DNA of 64,000 bases, from positions 128,001 through 192,000 of IMG/VR virus record IMGVR_UViG_3300032038_000003; one strand, 5' to 3'. The notes under the pieces are model-generated. The model did not search any database. It was not told where the DNA came from and saw only the letters and a list, made by a program, of their open reading frames with translations. The stretch is from a virus. Its lineage: Duplodnaviria > Caudoviricetes. Shown one piece after another: positions 1 to 11,800 of this stretch (position 1 is the stretch's first letter; each line of letters begins with the position of its first letter). The position numbers and the translations under genes were made by a program.

Positions 1-1319
1 CCAAAATCATATAGTAATATCATTTTGCCAGATGATGTTTTGCCGAATACTGCAAGTTCATCATGTTGGCTACCATGACCACCACCAGATTTGTAATTAT
101 AAGTATATCCTTTGATCCAGCAACCTTTAATAATATCTGTAGAAATCCAGCCACTATCAAAATAAGATACAGTAGGGTTGGTTTCGAATGTCATTGTACC
201 TTCGCCATTCATTCCACCGTTTTCACCAGCAACTTTAATAACGCCAGTAGCTTGTACTTGTTTGTCTTTACGTTTATGAATGACAATAACAGGATAAAAT
301 CCTATCTCTGTAAATTTAAACTGATTGTCATAGCTATTTTGTGTTTCATTTGCAAACTTTGAAATAAAGATTGCATTATCGCATTGTAAATCTCTTTGTA
401 CATTTGAGTATCCAGTAGATAAATTACCACCATGTACAACAACGGTAGCAATTTCTTGACCATTAGATAATTTACCACCATTTTGATAAGTAATATCTAA
501 TGTAATATCTGCAAGATTCATTTCTTCAAGTACAGCATATAAGATATACGCTCCACCTTTATCTGCAAGATTTGTGGTAACTAATTGTCCAGGTTGATAA
601 ACAACTGTTTTAGCATTTGGATCTGGTGACCATCCTTTAAATTCATAATCATCTAATACTGGCTGTGTGCCAATAATAGAGAACTGTTGATCATATTCGA
701 CTTGCTGCTGATAAGCATATTGTTTTAAAACATTAATAACATATATAATGTTGTATTTGGTAAACTCTTCAAGTTCACCAACAACATCAAATATAATAAC
801 ACCTTTACGAATATTTTTAGGAATTAAATCTTCATCACCATCTACAAATACACGACTTAAAACATGATCGTCATCTGGTTCTATGATTAATTCATGAACA
901 CCAGGATGTGCATGTTTTTCTTGAGTTTGTATTCTTACATTGCTTTCTTCGTGATATCCTTTTTCGATAATCTGCTCTGCATGTTCTTCATCAAGAATAA
1001 CATCGCCAATATTAAATATTGGTATACGTCCAACGACTTTTTCTCCTTTTGAATAAGCAATCTTACCTAATAAAATATCATCACTTGTAGCAGTACCGTC
1101 AAAGGTATCTACTATATATTCTATATGAGGAGGATTATCACCATATACCCCCTCATACAGACCAAGTAATCTATAAAGAGCAACTACAAGCTCGTCAAAT
1201 GTCATGTGTTGAATAAAGTAGTAGTCTGGAGCATTAAGGTACTCAAATATTTTATTGATAATATCTTTTGCCTCAAGAAACGAGGTCTTCATGAGATCAT
1301 ATTCTCTATTAAGACTCAT
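1..1319 (-). CDS. Tail fibre-like/structural protein, 3' end runs off the window (not in the ORF track)
   Basis: ATG at 1319 just after the NlpC/P60 stop; the parts I translated by hand (start and end) are open. Translation MSLNREYDLMKTSF...DGTATSDDILLGKIAYSKGEKVVGRIP...DEDLIPKNIRKGVIIFDVVG contains motifs typical of Firmicute phage fibre proteins. Confidence 0.7.
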   Translation of the reverse strand, partial: MSLNREYDLMKTSFLEAKDIINKIFEYLNAPDYYFIQHMTFDELVVALYRLLGLYEGVYGDNPPHIEYIVDTFDGTATSDDILLGKIAYSKGEKVVGRIPIFNIGDVILDEEHAEQIIEKGYHEESNVRIQTQEKHAHPGVHELIIEPDDDHVLSRVFVDGDEDLIPKNIRKGVIIFDVVGELEEFTKYNIIYVINVLKQYAYQQQVEYDQQFSIIGTQPVLDDYEFKGWSPDPNAKTVVYQPGQLVTTNLADKGGAYILYAVLEEMNLADITLDITYQNGGKLSNGQEIATVVVHGGNLSTGYSNVQRDLQCDNAIFISKFANETQNSYDNQFKFTEIGFYPVIVIHKRKDKQVQATGVIKVAGENGGMNGEGTMTFETNPTVSYFDSGWISTDIIKGCWIKGYTYNYKSGGGHGSQHDELAVFGKTSSGKMILLYDF

Positions 1320-1320
1320 A

Positions 1321-1929
1321 TTATTCCACTCCAAAACCTTTTATTCTAAATGCTCTTCCTGTAAAGTATAAACTGCTTTCCTTTACCCCGCCTTTAGGAT
1401 AAGGAGCATTATTAGCTGCATGTATAATCTGATCGTTGCCTTCGTAAATAACTACGTGTGAAAGACTTGAATTACATAATATATCTCCAGGTTGCTTACT
1501 ATCCCAAGGAATCTCATTAAAATATCCAGACCCTGGAATTGTTGAAACCGTAAAACGTGGAGCATTTTGAGGCATTAAACCCATCTCTTTCATGAGATAA
1601 GTAACGAAACCAGAACAATCAAAACACTTACCTTTACTGTCACTAATTTCTCCTTCAGCACCCCATACGTATGTATGACCGATAAAAGTTTTAGCAAGAG
1701 CAATAAAGGCATTTGTTTCTTTAGTTGTCATTGATGTAACGTTTGCTACAGCCATACCAAGTTCACCAACAGCATCAAGGAACTCGTCATTGAATTGTTG
1801 GAAGAGCTTTATATATTCATCTATTTTTTCATCTTCATCCACATCTAATTCATAAAATTCTTTTTTAAGATTCTTGTATGATTCAATGCGGGCTTTTAAA
1901 TCTTGAAATTGTGAAGAGTCATTTGCCAT
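1321..1929 (-). CDS. NlpC/P60 peptidoglycan endopeptidase with N-terminal coiled coil
   Basis: GHTYVWGA...FDCSGFVTY...PGDIL...HVVIYEG..IIHA; the Cys/His/His catalytic residues are intact. Confidence 0.9.
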   Translation of the reverse strand: MANDSSQFQDLKARIESYKNLKKEFYELDVDEDEKIDEYIKLFQQFNDEFLDAVGELGMAVANVTSMTTKETNAFIALAKTFIGHTYVWGAEGEISDSKGKCFDCSGFVTYLMKEMGLMPQNAPRFTVSTIPGSGYFNEIPWDSKQPGDILCNSSLSHVVIYEGNDQIIHAANNAPYPKGGVKESSLYFTGRAFRIKGFGVE

Positions 1930-2759
1930 TATGATTCATCTCCATTTAATTCTGTAGAGCCTTGCATATCTTCTTCTATCGTACTTACGTATCCATCTAC
2001 CTCTTTAATAATATCATAGGCTAAGCATATTTTCATTATTTGTGCGACTTTGAGCTGGGTTGAAATTGAATGATCAGTCTTTTCTGATTCGCTAGTAGCC
2101 TTAGTAAATTCTACGTCGTTACCATAGAATTTAATGTTACCAGTATCTTTGCAGATACGTATACCAGTATTGGCACTAGTAAAGATATCAATGTCTCCAT
2201 TATCTCTTAATTTTATTGTACTCTTATTTTTGAGATTAGTAAGTCCGACTTCGTCGTCTTCGTATTTGTCAAGAGTAGTAATCAAATCCATTGAGGTTTG
2301 ATTGACATCAATATCAGTATAACGAGCACTACTGTTTTCGTATTTGCTTAATTCTCCAGTATCATTAATCCAATCGAGATTCATTGCTATGATATGTTCT
2401 GGAGTACCAGTTTTCCATACGGTATCATCAGCAAGGTATGCTCCTTGGTCAGAGCAACTCCTTGCTGTATAATAACTTTCTGGTATACCAGTAATGACTG
2501 GATTATAAATATTACTGTTAATAAAACTAATAGAACATTTCTGTCCAGCAAAGATACTACCAGATGCCAATCCGCCAGCATGATTCGCAATCGTAACATT
2601 ACCACGATAAAGCCAACCAGAGCCGTTAGGATTAAGATACTTGATTTTACATGTTTCCGTTGTACGGTCATATTCAAGTATCGTACCAGTAGTATCTGAA
2701 AACTGTATACGATTATTATTATTAATTTGTTCTTGTAGACTGTTTTTAATTAAACTCAT
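1929..2759 (-). CDS. Putative baseplate central spike (gpV/gp5-like)
   Basis: N-terminal OB-fold-like strand pattern (GTILEYD...CKIKY...GQKCSISF...PVITG), beta-repeat C-terminal part (STIKLRDNGDIDIF..TGIRI..GNIKF), position after the hub gene. Confidence 0.55.
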   Translation of the reverse strand: MSLIKNSLQEQINNNNRIQFSDTTGTILEYDRTTETCKIKYLNPNGSGWLYRGNVTIANHAGGLASGSIFAGQKCSISFINSNIYNPVITGIPESYYTARSCSDQGAYLADDTVWKTGTPEHIIAMNLDWINDTGELSKYENSSARYTDIDVNQTSMDLITTLDKYEDDEVGLTNLKNKSTIKLRDNGDIDIFTSANTGIRICKDTGNIKFYGNDVEFTKATSESEKTDHSISTQLKVAQIMKICLAYDIIKEVDGYVSTIEEDMQGSTELNGDES

Positions 2760-5700
2760 TAGTTATCCTCTACTGAAATCTCATCGGCATCTGTTTCTTT
2801 ACCATCTTCACCAGTATTTTCTTCAGTACCAGAGTTTTCATCACCTATTAATAATATTTTTTCACCATCTTTAACACCAGCAATAAATGGTTTGCCTTCC
2901 CACCATAATGGCAATAACACACAAACGTTACGGTTTTCGAGCCAAGAAACAATCTCATCTAATACAACATCAATAATTAATGTAATGATAAGCGTAACTG
3001 CTAAAGAAAGTCCTAATGTTTCTGGAGCAGCAGCAACACCTACAGAATTTAAACCAATAGCAACTTTATCTGCTATACCAGATATCTGATTAATGGCTTC
3101 TACGGCTCTTACTATTCCAACAACAGATTTTCCAAATTTAACCGCTTGAGTAGCTGTTTTTGCATATTTCGCAACAGCTCCCAATGTTTGTAATGCGTGT
3201 GTTATAGATTCAAAGCTTCGGAATGTTCTAATTAATGCATAAACTTCCAAAGCAGATGTTGCCATAGCAGTAGTGTGTACAGCACTTTTAAATCCAAGCA
3301 CACCAGCATTAAAAGCTTGGTTTGCATTTAATTTTCTATATGATGACTGTATCAAAGTAACTGCATCTGCATAACGTTCACAATTTTCTTTTAACAATTT
3401 TCTTGATTGAGCATATTCTGTAAATTGTGAATATAATTTTAAGAAACTGGCAATCAGTGTAATATTTCCACTATCTTGTTCTGGACAAAATCCGATAATG
3501 CCAGGAATAATTGAAGTAGTAAAGCCAGTACTTGTACTAAAGGAATGAATGACTTCTCGTGTCATTGCAAGACCATTTAAATTAGTATAAAAATCATTTA
3601 CCATTAGATAATCATCTGGTTTAACTTGTGGTTGTCCTAAACATAGTATCTGTCCTTGATATTGCTGTTGCCAACCGTATAAAAGATTAGAGATACCAAG
3701 TTTTCTTGCAGCCTCTTTGCCATGTTTAGAGATACCAGTAAACTCATAAAAGGCATCCCATCCAAGATAATCTTGTACAATACAAGAATCTATAATATGA
3801 GTAGATTGTTTAGAATTGTCTATCGTATCATCGCTATGAATAATAGCAGTAGCTTTAGGTGTGCTACCACGGGTATAAATAACTTTAGCGTTTGTAAAAC
3901 TTGGTCTTGATGTTACAGACACTTGATTCTCAATAATAGCACTTAATGAATCTATATAATGCATTTGTGTATTAGCCTTACATTCTTGATAGATAGTACC
4001 ATTGATAATATCGTATCTGTATTTGGTTAAATCAAACGGTAAACCAAAATACAATCTTGAATCAAACTGATATTTCTCAGCTTTGATTAAGTATTCTGGC
4101 ATGGTTTGAGCACATAGCTGGAAGACATCCCATGGTGTCATATTATATTGGTTAAATACAATATTAGACTCACCATCACGACCAAAGATAGCCAGCAAGC
4201 TTTCGCTGGTATACATATAACCCCAATGTCTATAAGTTACACCAAACCAGCCATCACTGTTAGATGCTTTATAGACGTTCATCATTAAGTCATATTGCTC
4301 GTATATACCAGTATCAATACCGCCTTGTAAGAAATATTGATCACCACTGTTTATATATAAACCAAAATGTTCAATATTATATTTAGATCCTTCAAACCAG
4401 TTACCACCAAAGAACAAATGATTCATCCAGCTTTCACGCTTAACCATTATCTCTCCGATAATGTTAGACGCTTCTTGAGTAGCACCAAGACCAAATAATC
4501 CTAAAGCACCATTGTTTACGTCTTTAGTCTTGTCTGAAGTAATAGATTGAATCAGTTCGTGTCCATCAGAAGTAACTGTAATACTAATCTGATCTCCTAA
4601 TGTCATACCAGAGATAGTACCGTTTATAATAGGAGCAAGTGACATTGGATCAGATCCATATCCCATTCGTAAATGAACTCTTGCACCTTCTCTTACTTTG
4701 GTATGGTTAAATAAAATACTGTGCATCTGAATTAATCTGTTGGTAATTTTCAAACCACCAGCAATCATACCAAAGTTTTTATATAGCCATCTGTTGAATC
4801 CACAATAGTCTTTGTCGTCTGCAATACTATAATTGATTAAAGCAGCAGAACTTCTGTCAAGATTGTGATATGTATTAGTAACTGTTATTTGAGCAGTTTC
4901 TGTTGGCATATCGTTAGCGGCATGGTATTGAATATCTATAACAGGCTTATAAACATAGAAGTTAGTCCAAAGCTTACGACCGTCATACCATTGTGCCTGG
5001 TCATCTAAGATACAGAATAGGAAAGTAGGGAATGCCTTAACAAGTCTGCCTTTTGATGAATACTGACAGTCATCGACAAATGATGTGTTGATTCTGTTTA
5101 GATCATTATTAAGTTTAGACCATTCTTCTCCTACATTACTATCATGTGTATCAAAATGTTTAGACTTGATATAGATTGGCTTACCAAACGCTAATGTGTC
5201 AGAAATATTTACAGCAGACACTGAATATTGTCTTGCAACAGTAACGGTATTACTTGATGCCTGACTCACACCATATCCTTTAATATTATAACCAACTGTA
5301 TAAGAAGGTTCTTTATATCCATAGAAGATATGCTGATTAACAGTTCCTATTTGAACATATTTAGCATTTCTATGGTTAACTGCATAATTGGAATTGCTCA
5401 TACTTGTAAAAGCAAGCACCTTGTAATTCTTTTTCCAGCGAGCACCAGCTTGGAATACTCTTTGTACGCAAGCTTTTGCCTCATTCATATCTTTCTCTTC
5501 TTGACTGGTTTTATCAGAAGAAAAGTTATTGTTTTTAATATAAGCTGTAATTCCACCACCCTTATAATGGAACTGAATCGAATCATAAATGTATTGAGCC
5601 ATTGCCATTTTACATGCCAATGTTTCTCCTTCACATTCAGTTGCAATAGCAATAGCTAATGCATTAAATTCATCGGTAGTCATTGTCTTATATTCTGATA

Positions 5701-8700
5701 TAGTTACAGAACCGTCTGTCCAAGCAGAACCATCGTCTTCAATATCTGGTAAAGACAATTCACTTATACTTGCTTGATCTAATTCAATAGGAGCAGTTGT
5801 ATCAGCTAATTCTTCTGCGTTAGCTGCTCTATTTCGTCTATTGTATTCATTTAATTTAATAGCATCACTATTATCAATAGAAGCAGATACAGTTGTACTT
5901 GTACCAGCTGGTCCATTAATGCATTGAGCAGATGCATTACGTGGCATTCCATCCATAATTTCAGCAATCTTATTATGCCATTCTGGATCAGTTGCATACT
6001 CATGAACTCCACCATTATTACGCATCTGGTTCAATGTTTTCTGTCCATATGAACTATTGTAATAGTTATTAGATATCCATTTTGCTCCGCCTATAATACC
6101 AGCAGCCAAACCAGAATTAAATGAATACGCTGAGCTATATGGAGAACTATCAAATGCTCCAATACCAAAATAGTTATTCTTATCTCTTGAAATCTTAGAT
6201 GTTCCCCATCCAGATTCAAGTGCTGCATGTGCAAGAATATATCTTGGATCCAGACCAGATTCTTGTCCAGCTTTAATAAACACAGAAGCATTATTTCTAA
6301 ATGGAGAATTAGAAGGAGCTACTGAGTTAATATAAGCGTTTAATTCTGTTTCTGATATTGGAGACCATACACCAAGGTCTTGGTTAATAGTATCTGTATT
6401 TCCGCCTCCACCAGTACCAAACGAAGCATTGCTTGTTTGGTTATAAGCTCTTGATTCAGCACTATCATCACCAAATGGATTATCAGATTCATATCCTTCT
6501 GTTTGTGAAATGACAGTAGCTTTTTTAGGAACAATGTTACCGTTTTCATCTGGATATTGGTTACCATCACTATCATAAGGATTAGATTGTGATGTACCTT
6601 GCATATTGCTATCTTCTTGCAATGGAATGATACGATACACATTTCCAACGCTAAATGGTAATTGTTCTTCTGTTACGCCATCTATTTGATTGACATCTAT
6701 AACAGCAAGGTTCTTTGTTTTGTCATAGCCGAGAGCAACAACATGCCAAGTTTTAGAACTGTCTGATATAATATCTCCTCGTTTTATATCGCTCGACGAT
6801 ACTTGCTGAAAGATATCCATAGAATCTAAATCTCTGGCCTTCAATCTCTGGAAATTATCTGGTAAAATTCCCATAGTTTTTAATGTCCAAGTAATAAGGC
6901 CAAGATTGTCAAACTTTTCGCCTTTCCAATCTCGAACTTCTCCTTCGGCATTCGCTTCGTAATGGCATCCTAATTTAGTTCTTAAGAGATTAATAAAACC
7001 AGTGACTTTGGTATCAGTGTCTTCACCGTCACCATAAGTAGGTTTGAATTGTCTTTCTGTACTACCACTAATTCCATCTGTTTGTACTGGGTTTGAATAT
7101 CCTTGGAAACCAGTAGAACCAGTGCTTTGTTTTTCTTGATTAGCCTGTTCTTGTTCTTCATGATATATAGAAAGATAAGTATTAGGATAAAATACGTAGA
7201 AATCTGGATCTACATATCCTTGGTATATTGGAGAACTTGGAACGTTACCGTTTTTATATACATTATTACCACCTTCATTCAGCCAAGAATTAGGATATCT
7301 TGAGCGAGTATCTCCTTTACCAAATGAAACATTCGATGGTTGTAATGGATAGCTTGTATATGGTAATTGGTCTTTATTATTATATCTTCTGAAAGCATTG
7401 ATATTAGTAATTGCTTCGTTTACTTCAGCATAAGTAGGAAGTCTTAAATCTGGATAGACTTCCATGGTAGTTCTTAATTTCCATTCTGCATAATTGTCTT
7501 GATAAATCTTCGTCATTAAACCAGACAAAGATTGTTCAATACATTGATTTTCGTTAGGTGCAGTTGCTGCTTTTAATGCACTGCCAGTTAATTCAAGTTC
7601 TGACACATTAGATTCATGACCATCAAACGGCAAGAATCCATTTAACTCTTCACGTTTAGACTGAGCAATATCATAAGATACGCATAATAATCTAACTTGA
7701 TATAATCCTGGAATGCCAGGAACCGTATGAGTTTCTACTGATTCAATCGTACAGAACAATGATCCACAGAAAGTTACGAAATCGGCTTCTACTTTAACAA
7801 ATCCGATAGAACCTCTAATCTTTGGATTATTACGAGTCATTAAGTCATTCTTAATTTGGCATTGTTCGATACTACCAACTACGTTTACATCAGTAGTTTC
7901 AAATACAATATTAAACTGAGTATCTAATCCACCAAGATACTGAAGTGTAGGACTACAAGCATCTGACATCTGAATAGAAGTAAGCATGTTTGCATAGCTA
8001 CACTGAAAAGCAGTAATATGTACATCTGAATCATTTGAGTCAATTACTGTTTCATAATTGTCTGGATTAATAACTTTCTGTAATATTGTCTGTTCTTTTG
8101 TTGTACCATCTGTTTTATCTTCAACGGTTGCCAGTACTTTTTCACTTAAAATACTTAATTTAAATGCAGTATGATCTCTATTGACTGGTAACGATTGAAG
8201 ATTTTTATATACATGTTCTTCAGTTAAAATGGACTGTGTATAATATCTAAATAGATCCCAATCAATAGTATGCCTAAACATAATATTTGGCATCTCAATA
8301 TAAGGCATCATATCTACTTCTTGCAAAGTGACATGTGCCGTTAATGCATTTTGGAATCCATCAATTGTAGATATAACAATAGACTGTAAAGCAACGACGT
8401 AGATATTATACGCATCATTCAAAAGTTCATTACGTACTGGTAAGAATGGAGTTAATTTGAATTGTGCTAATAAAGGTCTTAATCCATCAACATAATAAAA
8501 GTTAGAATATTTATCGCCATCTTTATGTGCTGGACCAGGAACTTTATATCCATTGATTTCGTCCATACCATCAAATACCAAATCAATTTGAATGGTACGT
8601 TTATGATAACCAGTCTTTTGCTTTTGAGAGTTCTCTTGTCTTAAAGTTTGGATATTTTGAGAAAATGATTCCGAAGAGACATAAATAAACTCTGGAGGAA

Positions 8701-8875
8701 TCATCATTCTAACATCACCAATCTCTAAGTTAAAATCGTCATATAAATATCTATGATCATAACTTATATAATTGTCTTGGTCTAAAGGTTTGATCTGTCT
8801 CGCACTATTTGTGCGAGACAGAGCATCAAACATTTGTAGACCTTGTTCAGTTGTAAAGTTAATTACATCAGACAT
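2759..8875 (-). CDS. Baseplate hub-like tail lysin with degenerate NlpC/P60, GH73 glucosaminidase and SleB-like hydrolase domains
   Basis: GH73 motifs AHAALESGWG, NNYFGI, YATDP (~5955-6360); SleB-like IATECEGE...QHIFY (~5320-5685); NlpC-like FDNLGLITW (~6625-7010); hub-like C-terminal half (RVHLRMGYGS, GQPQVKPDD); hydrophobic C-terminal helices. Confidence 0.8.
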   Translation of the reverse strand: MSDVINFTTEQGLQMFDALSRTNSARQIKPLDQDNYISYDHRYLYDDFNLEIGDVRMMIPPEFIYVSSESFSQNIQTLRQENSQKQKTGYHKRTIQIDLVFDGMDEINGYKVPGPAHKDGDKYSNFYYVDGLRPLLAQFKLTPFLPVRNELLNDAYNIYVVALQSIVISTIDGFQNALTAHVTLQEVDMMPYIEMPNIMFRHTIDWDLFRYYTQSILTEEHVYKNLQSLPVNRDHTAFKLSILSEKVLATVEDKTDGTTKEQTILQKVINPDNYETVIDSNDSDVHITAFQCSYANMLTSIQMSDACSPTLQYLGGLDTQFNIVFETTDVNVVGSIEQCQIKNDLMTRNNPKIRGSIGFVKVEADFVTFCGSLFCTIESVETHTVPGIPGLYQVRLLCVSYDIAQSKREELNGFLPFDGHESNVSELELTGSALKAATAPNENQCIEQSLSGLMTKIYQDNYAEWKLRTTMEVYPDLRLPTYAEVNEAITNINAFRRYNNKDQLPYTSYPLQPSNVSFGKGDTRSRYPNSWLNEGGNNVYKNGNVPSSPIYQGYVDPDFYVFYPNTYLSIYHEEQEQANQEKQSTGSTGFQGYSNPVQTDGISGSTERQFKPTYGDGEDTDTKVTGFINLLRTKLGCHYEANAEGEVRDWKGEKFDNLGLITWTLKTMGILPDNFQRLKARDLDSMDIFQQVSSSDIKRGDIISDSSKTWHVVALGYDKTKNLAVIDVNQIDGVTEEQLPFSVGNVYRIIPLQEDSNMQGTSQSNPYDSDGNQYPDENGNIVPKKATVISQTEGYESDNPFGDDSAESRAYNQTSNASFGTGGGGNTDTINQDLGVWSPISETELNAYINSVAPSNSPFRNNASVFIKAGQESGLDPRYILAHAALESGWGTSKISRDKNNYFGIGAFDSSPYSSAYSFNSGLAAGIIGGAKWISNNYYNSSYGQKTLNQMRNNGGVHEYATDPEWHNKIAEIMDGMPRNASAQCINGPAGTSTTVSASIDNSDAIKLNEYNRRNRAANAEELADTTAPIELDQASISELSLPDIEDDGSAWTDGSVTISEYKTMTTDEFNALAIAIATECEGETLACKMAMAQYIYDSIQFHYKGGGITAYIKNNNFSSDKTSQEEKDMNEAKACVQRVFQAGARWKKNYKVLAFTSMSNSNYAVNHRNAKYVQIGTVNQHIFYGYKEPSYTVGYNIKGYGVSQASSNTVTVARQYSVSAVNISDTLAFGKPIYIKSKHFDTHDSNVGEEWSKLNNDLNRINTSFVDDCQYSSKGRLVKAFPTFLFCILDDQAQWYDGRKLWTNFYVYKPVIDIQYHAANDMPTETAQITVTNTYHNLDRSSAALINYSIADDKDYCGFNRWLYKNFGMIAGGLKITNRLIQMHSILFNHTKVREGARVHLRMGYGSDPMSLAPIINGTISGMTLGDQISITVTSDGHELIQSITSDKTKDVNNGALGLFGLGATQEASNIIGEIMVKRESWMNHLFFGGNWFEGSKYNIEHFGLYINSGDQYFLQGGIDTGIYEQYDLMMNVYKASNSDGWFGVTYRHWGYMYTSESLLAIFGRDGESNIVFNQYNMTPWDVFQLCAQTMPEYLIKAEKYQFDSRLYFGLPFDLTKYRYDIINGTIYQECKANTQMHYIDSLSAIIENQVSVTSRPSFTNAKVIYTRGSTPKATAIIHSDDTIDNSKQSTHIIDSCIVQDYLGWDAFYEFTGISKHGKEAARKLGISNLLYGWQQQYQGQILCLGQPQVKPDDYLMVNDFYTNLNGLAMTREVIHSFSTSTGFTTSIIPGIIGFCPEQDSGNITLIASFLKLYSQFTEYAQSRKLLKENCERYADAVTLIQSSYRKLNANQAFNAGVLGFKSAVHTTAMATSALEVYALIRTFRSFESITHALQTLGAVAKYAKTATQAVKFGKSVVGIVRAVEAINQISGIADKVAIGLNSVGVAAAPETLGLSLAVTLIITLIIDVVLDEIVSWLENRNVCVLLPLWWEGKPFIAGVKDGEKILLIGDENSGTEENTGEDGKETDADEISVEDN

Positions 8876-8881
8876 ATATTA

Positions 8882-11800
8882 TCACTCCGTTAGTTGTGCA
8901 AATTTATTTTCGAGCCAATTATCAGTAATTTTTGAATTATCTCTGGTAATGTTTACTTGTCCATTATTTACTCCAGATTGATTCATCATTCTCTGATAAG
9001 ATTGTGCTTGTAATTTGTTATAGCTTTGTGCAGAAACTTTAAAGTTAAAACCAGAGGCTGCATCATGGTATATTGTCTTATTCTTTAAAGCAGAAGGTAT
9101 AGATGGAGGAGCAATCTTTTTGTGTGATCGCTGTGTTGTTTGTGCATCACTTGCTTGATTGCGATACTGTAAACCATTTTTATTATTGATTTTAACACCC
9201 TTAACATCTTGTGATGTTAATTGTCTTTCTACAGAATCTGGTACTTCGACGCTGTCATTGTCTTGTTTAGTAAATAATGCATGTCCTACAAGTCCAAGTA
9301 CGGCAGCTCCACCAGCAATAGCTCCACCTATTTTAAGACGTTTTCCAGTTTCTGGAGATATATTTTTAAATGATTCACCAATTTCTTTAAGTAAAGTCTT
9401 TTTCTGTATACCTTCAGATGCTTCTCTTGCAGCTTTAGCAGCATTTTCTTTTGCTTGACTAGCAGCTTCTTCTGTAAAAGTTTTGCTTAAGTTATTAAGT
9501 GCATCTGGATTAAATACTGCCTTATAAGATTCTCTTAATGTATCTGCATTAGTAAAATCTAAGCCTATTGTGGTTGCATTCGTATTTCGATTGACAACTG
9601 ATAATATTTCTTTAGTATTTAATGCAGCTTTATATTCAAGAGAATCAGTAGCAAGTGTATTTAATGCATCGTCAATTTCGGTACGTATAGAATGAATCTG
9701 ATTGCCAGAAAGATCCAAAATTCTTGTTCCTGTAAATTGTCCATAGCCTATTCTGGCATTACTAATTCTCGTATCTAATACATCTTTTATTTTAACATTG
9801 TTTAAGCTAAGAATAAAGTCATCATTTCTGGCAAACTTATCCCATCCGAAACGATATATCATTTCTTCTTCAGCGTTTTTAGCTTGAGATAAAGACTTAA
9901 ATATATCTTTTGTGGTGTTATCAACTTCTGTCTGATATAGCTTTTTAGCATTATCAAATGCTGTAACTTCAGATGTATCAGTATTAGTAATACTATCATA
10001 AAAGTCTTTAGCGATTTTATTAACATTTTCTGTTCTTGTAGCTATTAAATTTTCTATTTCGCTAGAAATTTTATTAGACAGTTTTACTTCGTTTAAATCT
10101 CTGACTAAAAATTCATTGTTTTTAATTTTTATATTACTGTCTCTTAAATATTCAGTAATAGTCTCTTCTGCTGTATTACCAGTAATTCTGTTTTTGTTTT
10201 TATTTGGATTAGCAGCTATTTGCTTATTGATGCTACGTATTAGTTCTTTGGCATCTTTAGAACCTTCAATCATGCCGTTTTCAATGCCAAATTGTAAACG
10301 TTCATTAATATCAGTAATTCTACGTTTTAATGCTACGCTATCAGTACCAACAATATTAGCAAGAGTAGTGCCGAGTTTTATATGTGGATTGTAACCTTGA
10401 ATAATAGTAGAAGCATTAATACTTTCGTTAAATCTAGCTTCAAACGAAGCATCGTTAACGTTATCAAATAACCATTGAAGATTATTTTCTATTGTTAAAG
10501 CACCAATGTGTTTTTGTACTTGTGGTAAGTTTCCTGTTGTAATATTCCTTATGTTTAAGTTCCACTCAGGTGTATCTATATCGGTAACATTTAATAAATT
10601 ACGACCTTTATATTTCTTAATATTTTCATTAAGTTGCCTAATGGTCACTGGATTCCATTTAGGATCTATTTGACTAATAGCCTTACCTTCTTGACCAGTT
10701 AAGAAATCAAATTCGCTTAAGTTAACTTTAATCGGTCCATTTTCTTTGTCTTGAACAAACCCTTTAAAGACTAAACCAATTGGACCGTTTTTGCCAGCAT
10801 ATGTTAAAATATCACCATTTCGTAATGCTCTACCAAAAATGTTAAGTGCGTCATCGGTTTTTGACATACCAGCTTTTAGCATTTTTCTAACTGGCATATC
10901 TAATGTGAAATTACCTTTAATGAGTTCGTTCAATCCATCACTGTCTAAGTCTTGAACACCACTTAATAATTTCGGCAAATACGATGTTCTAAAAGAACTA
11001 TGGTATCCAGCATAAGCGTTTTCGTGTTGAGAAAGGTCATATAATCCGCTTAAGTAAATTTTACCAAGCAAATTAAAATCATCGGTATCTTCAGCAATTT
11101 GTAAAGCAGTTTTAAGTGATTTATTCCATTCTGTAAAAGATTTGCCCATAATTTCTTGAGCAAGTTCTGAATTGGTTTGGCTTGAATCTGCAAAGAATAC
11201 TTTACGAGCACCTTCTACTAAGTCTGTCATTGCTTCTTGTATCTTGTCTTGATTAATTTTTTCTGCACCATTGGCATTGGCAAATAATTGAGCTACACCA
11301 ATTCTCCAAGCACTTGAATTATTTAAAGTAGCAGCATCATGTACATGCTTTGTATCGATACCTTTCTGTTCAAGTAAAGTTAATAAACCGCCTGGTTCAC
11401 CATTTTCAAAAGTAAATAATACTCTTCTAATATCTCTTAATGAATCAAGTTCTTTTTTATCAGTTGCAAGACTCATCATATAAGTCATTGCATCTCTTAT
11501 TTCAAGGTTAGGCTTTGAATAATTACCGATATATTCTTTTGCTATTCTTGCTTGAATGGCAGCTTTAATCATATCTGGATTGTTAATCGAACGCCCAACT
11601 CTTTCATCAAATTGTGCAAACTGCTCTCTAATTTGTTTGGAATGTGCTATTAATAACGATTTAATATCTTTATTATCGTCTTTTAATAACAATTCATAAT
11701 CTTCTGGAGATTCATTTTTGATAGCCATCATAAAATTGTTTTCAGCATTATCATAAGCTGCTTTATCAAGGTCTTTTAATAACGAAGCCTTAAAAGATGC

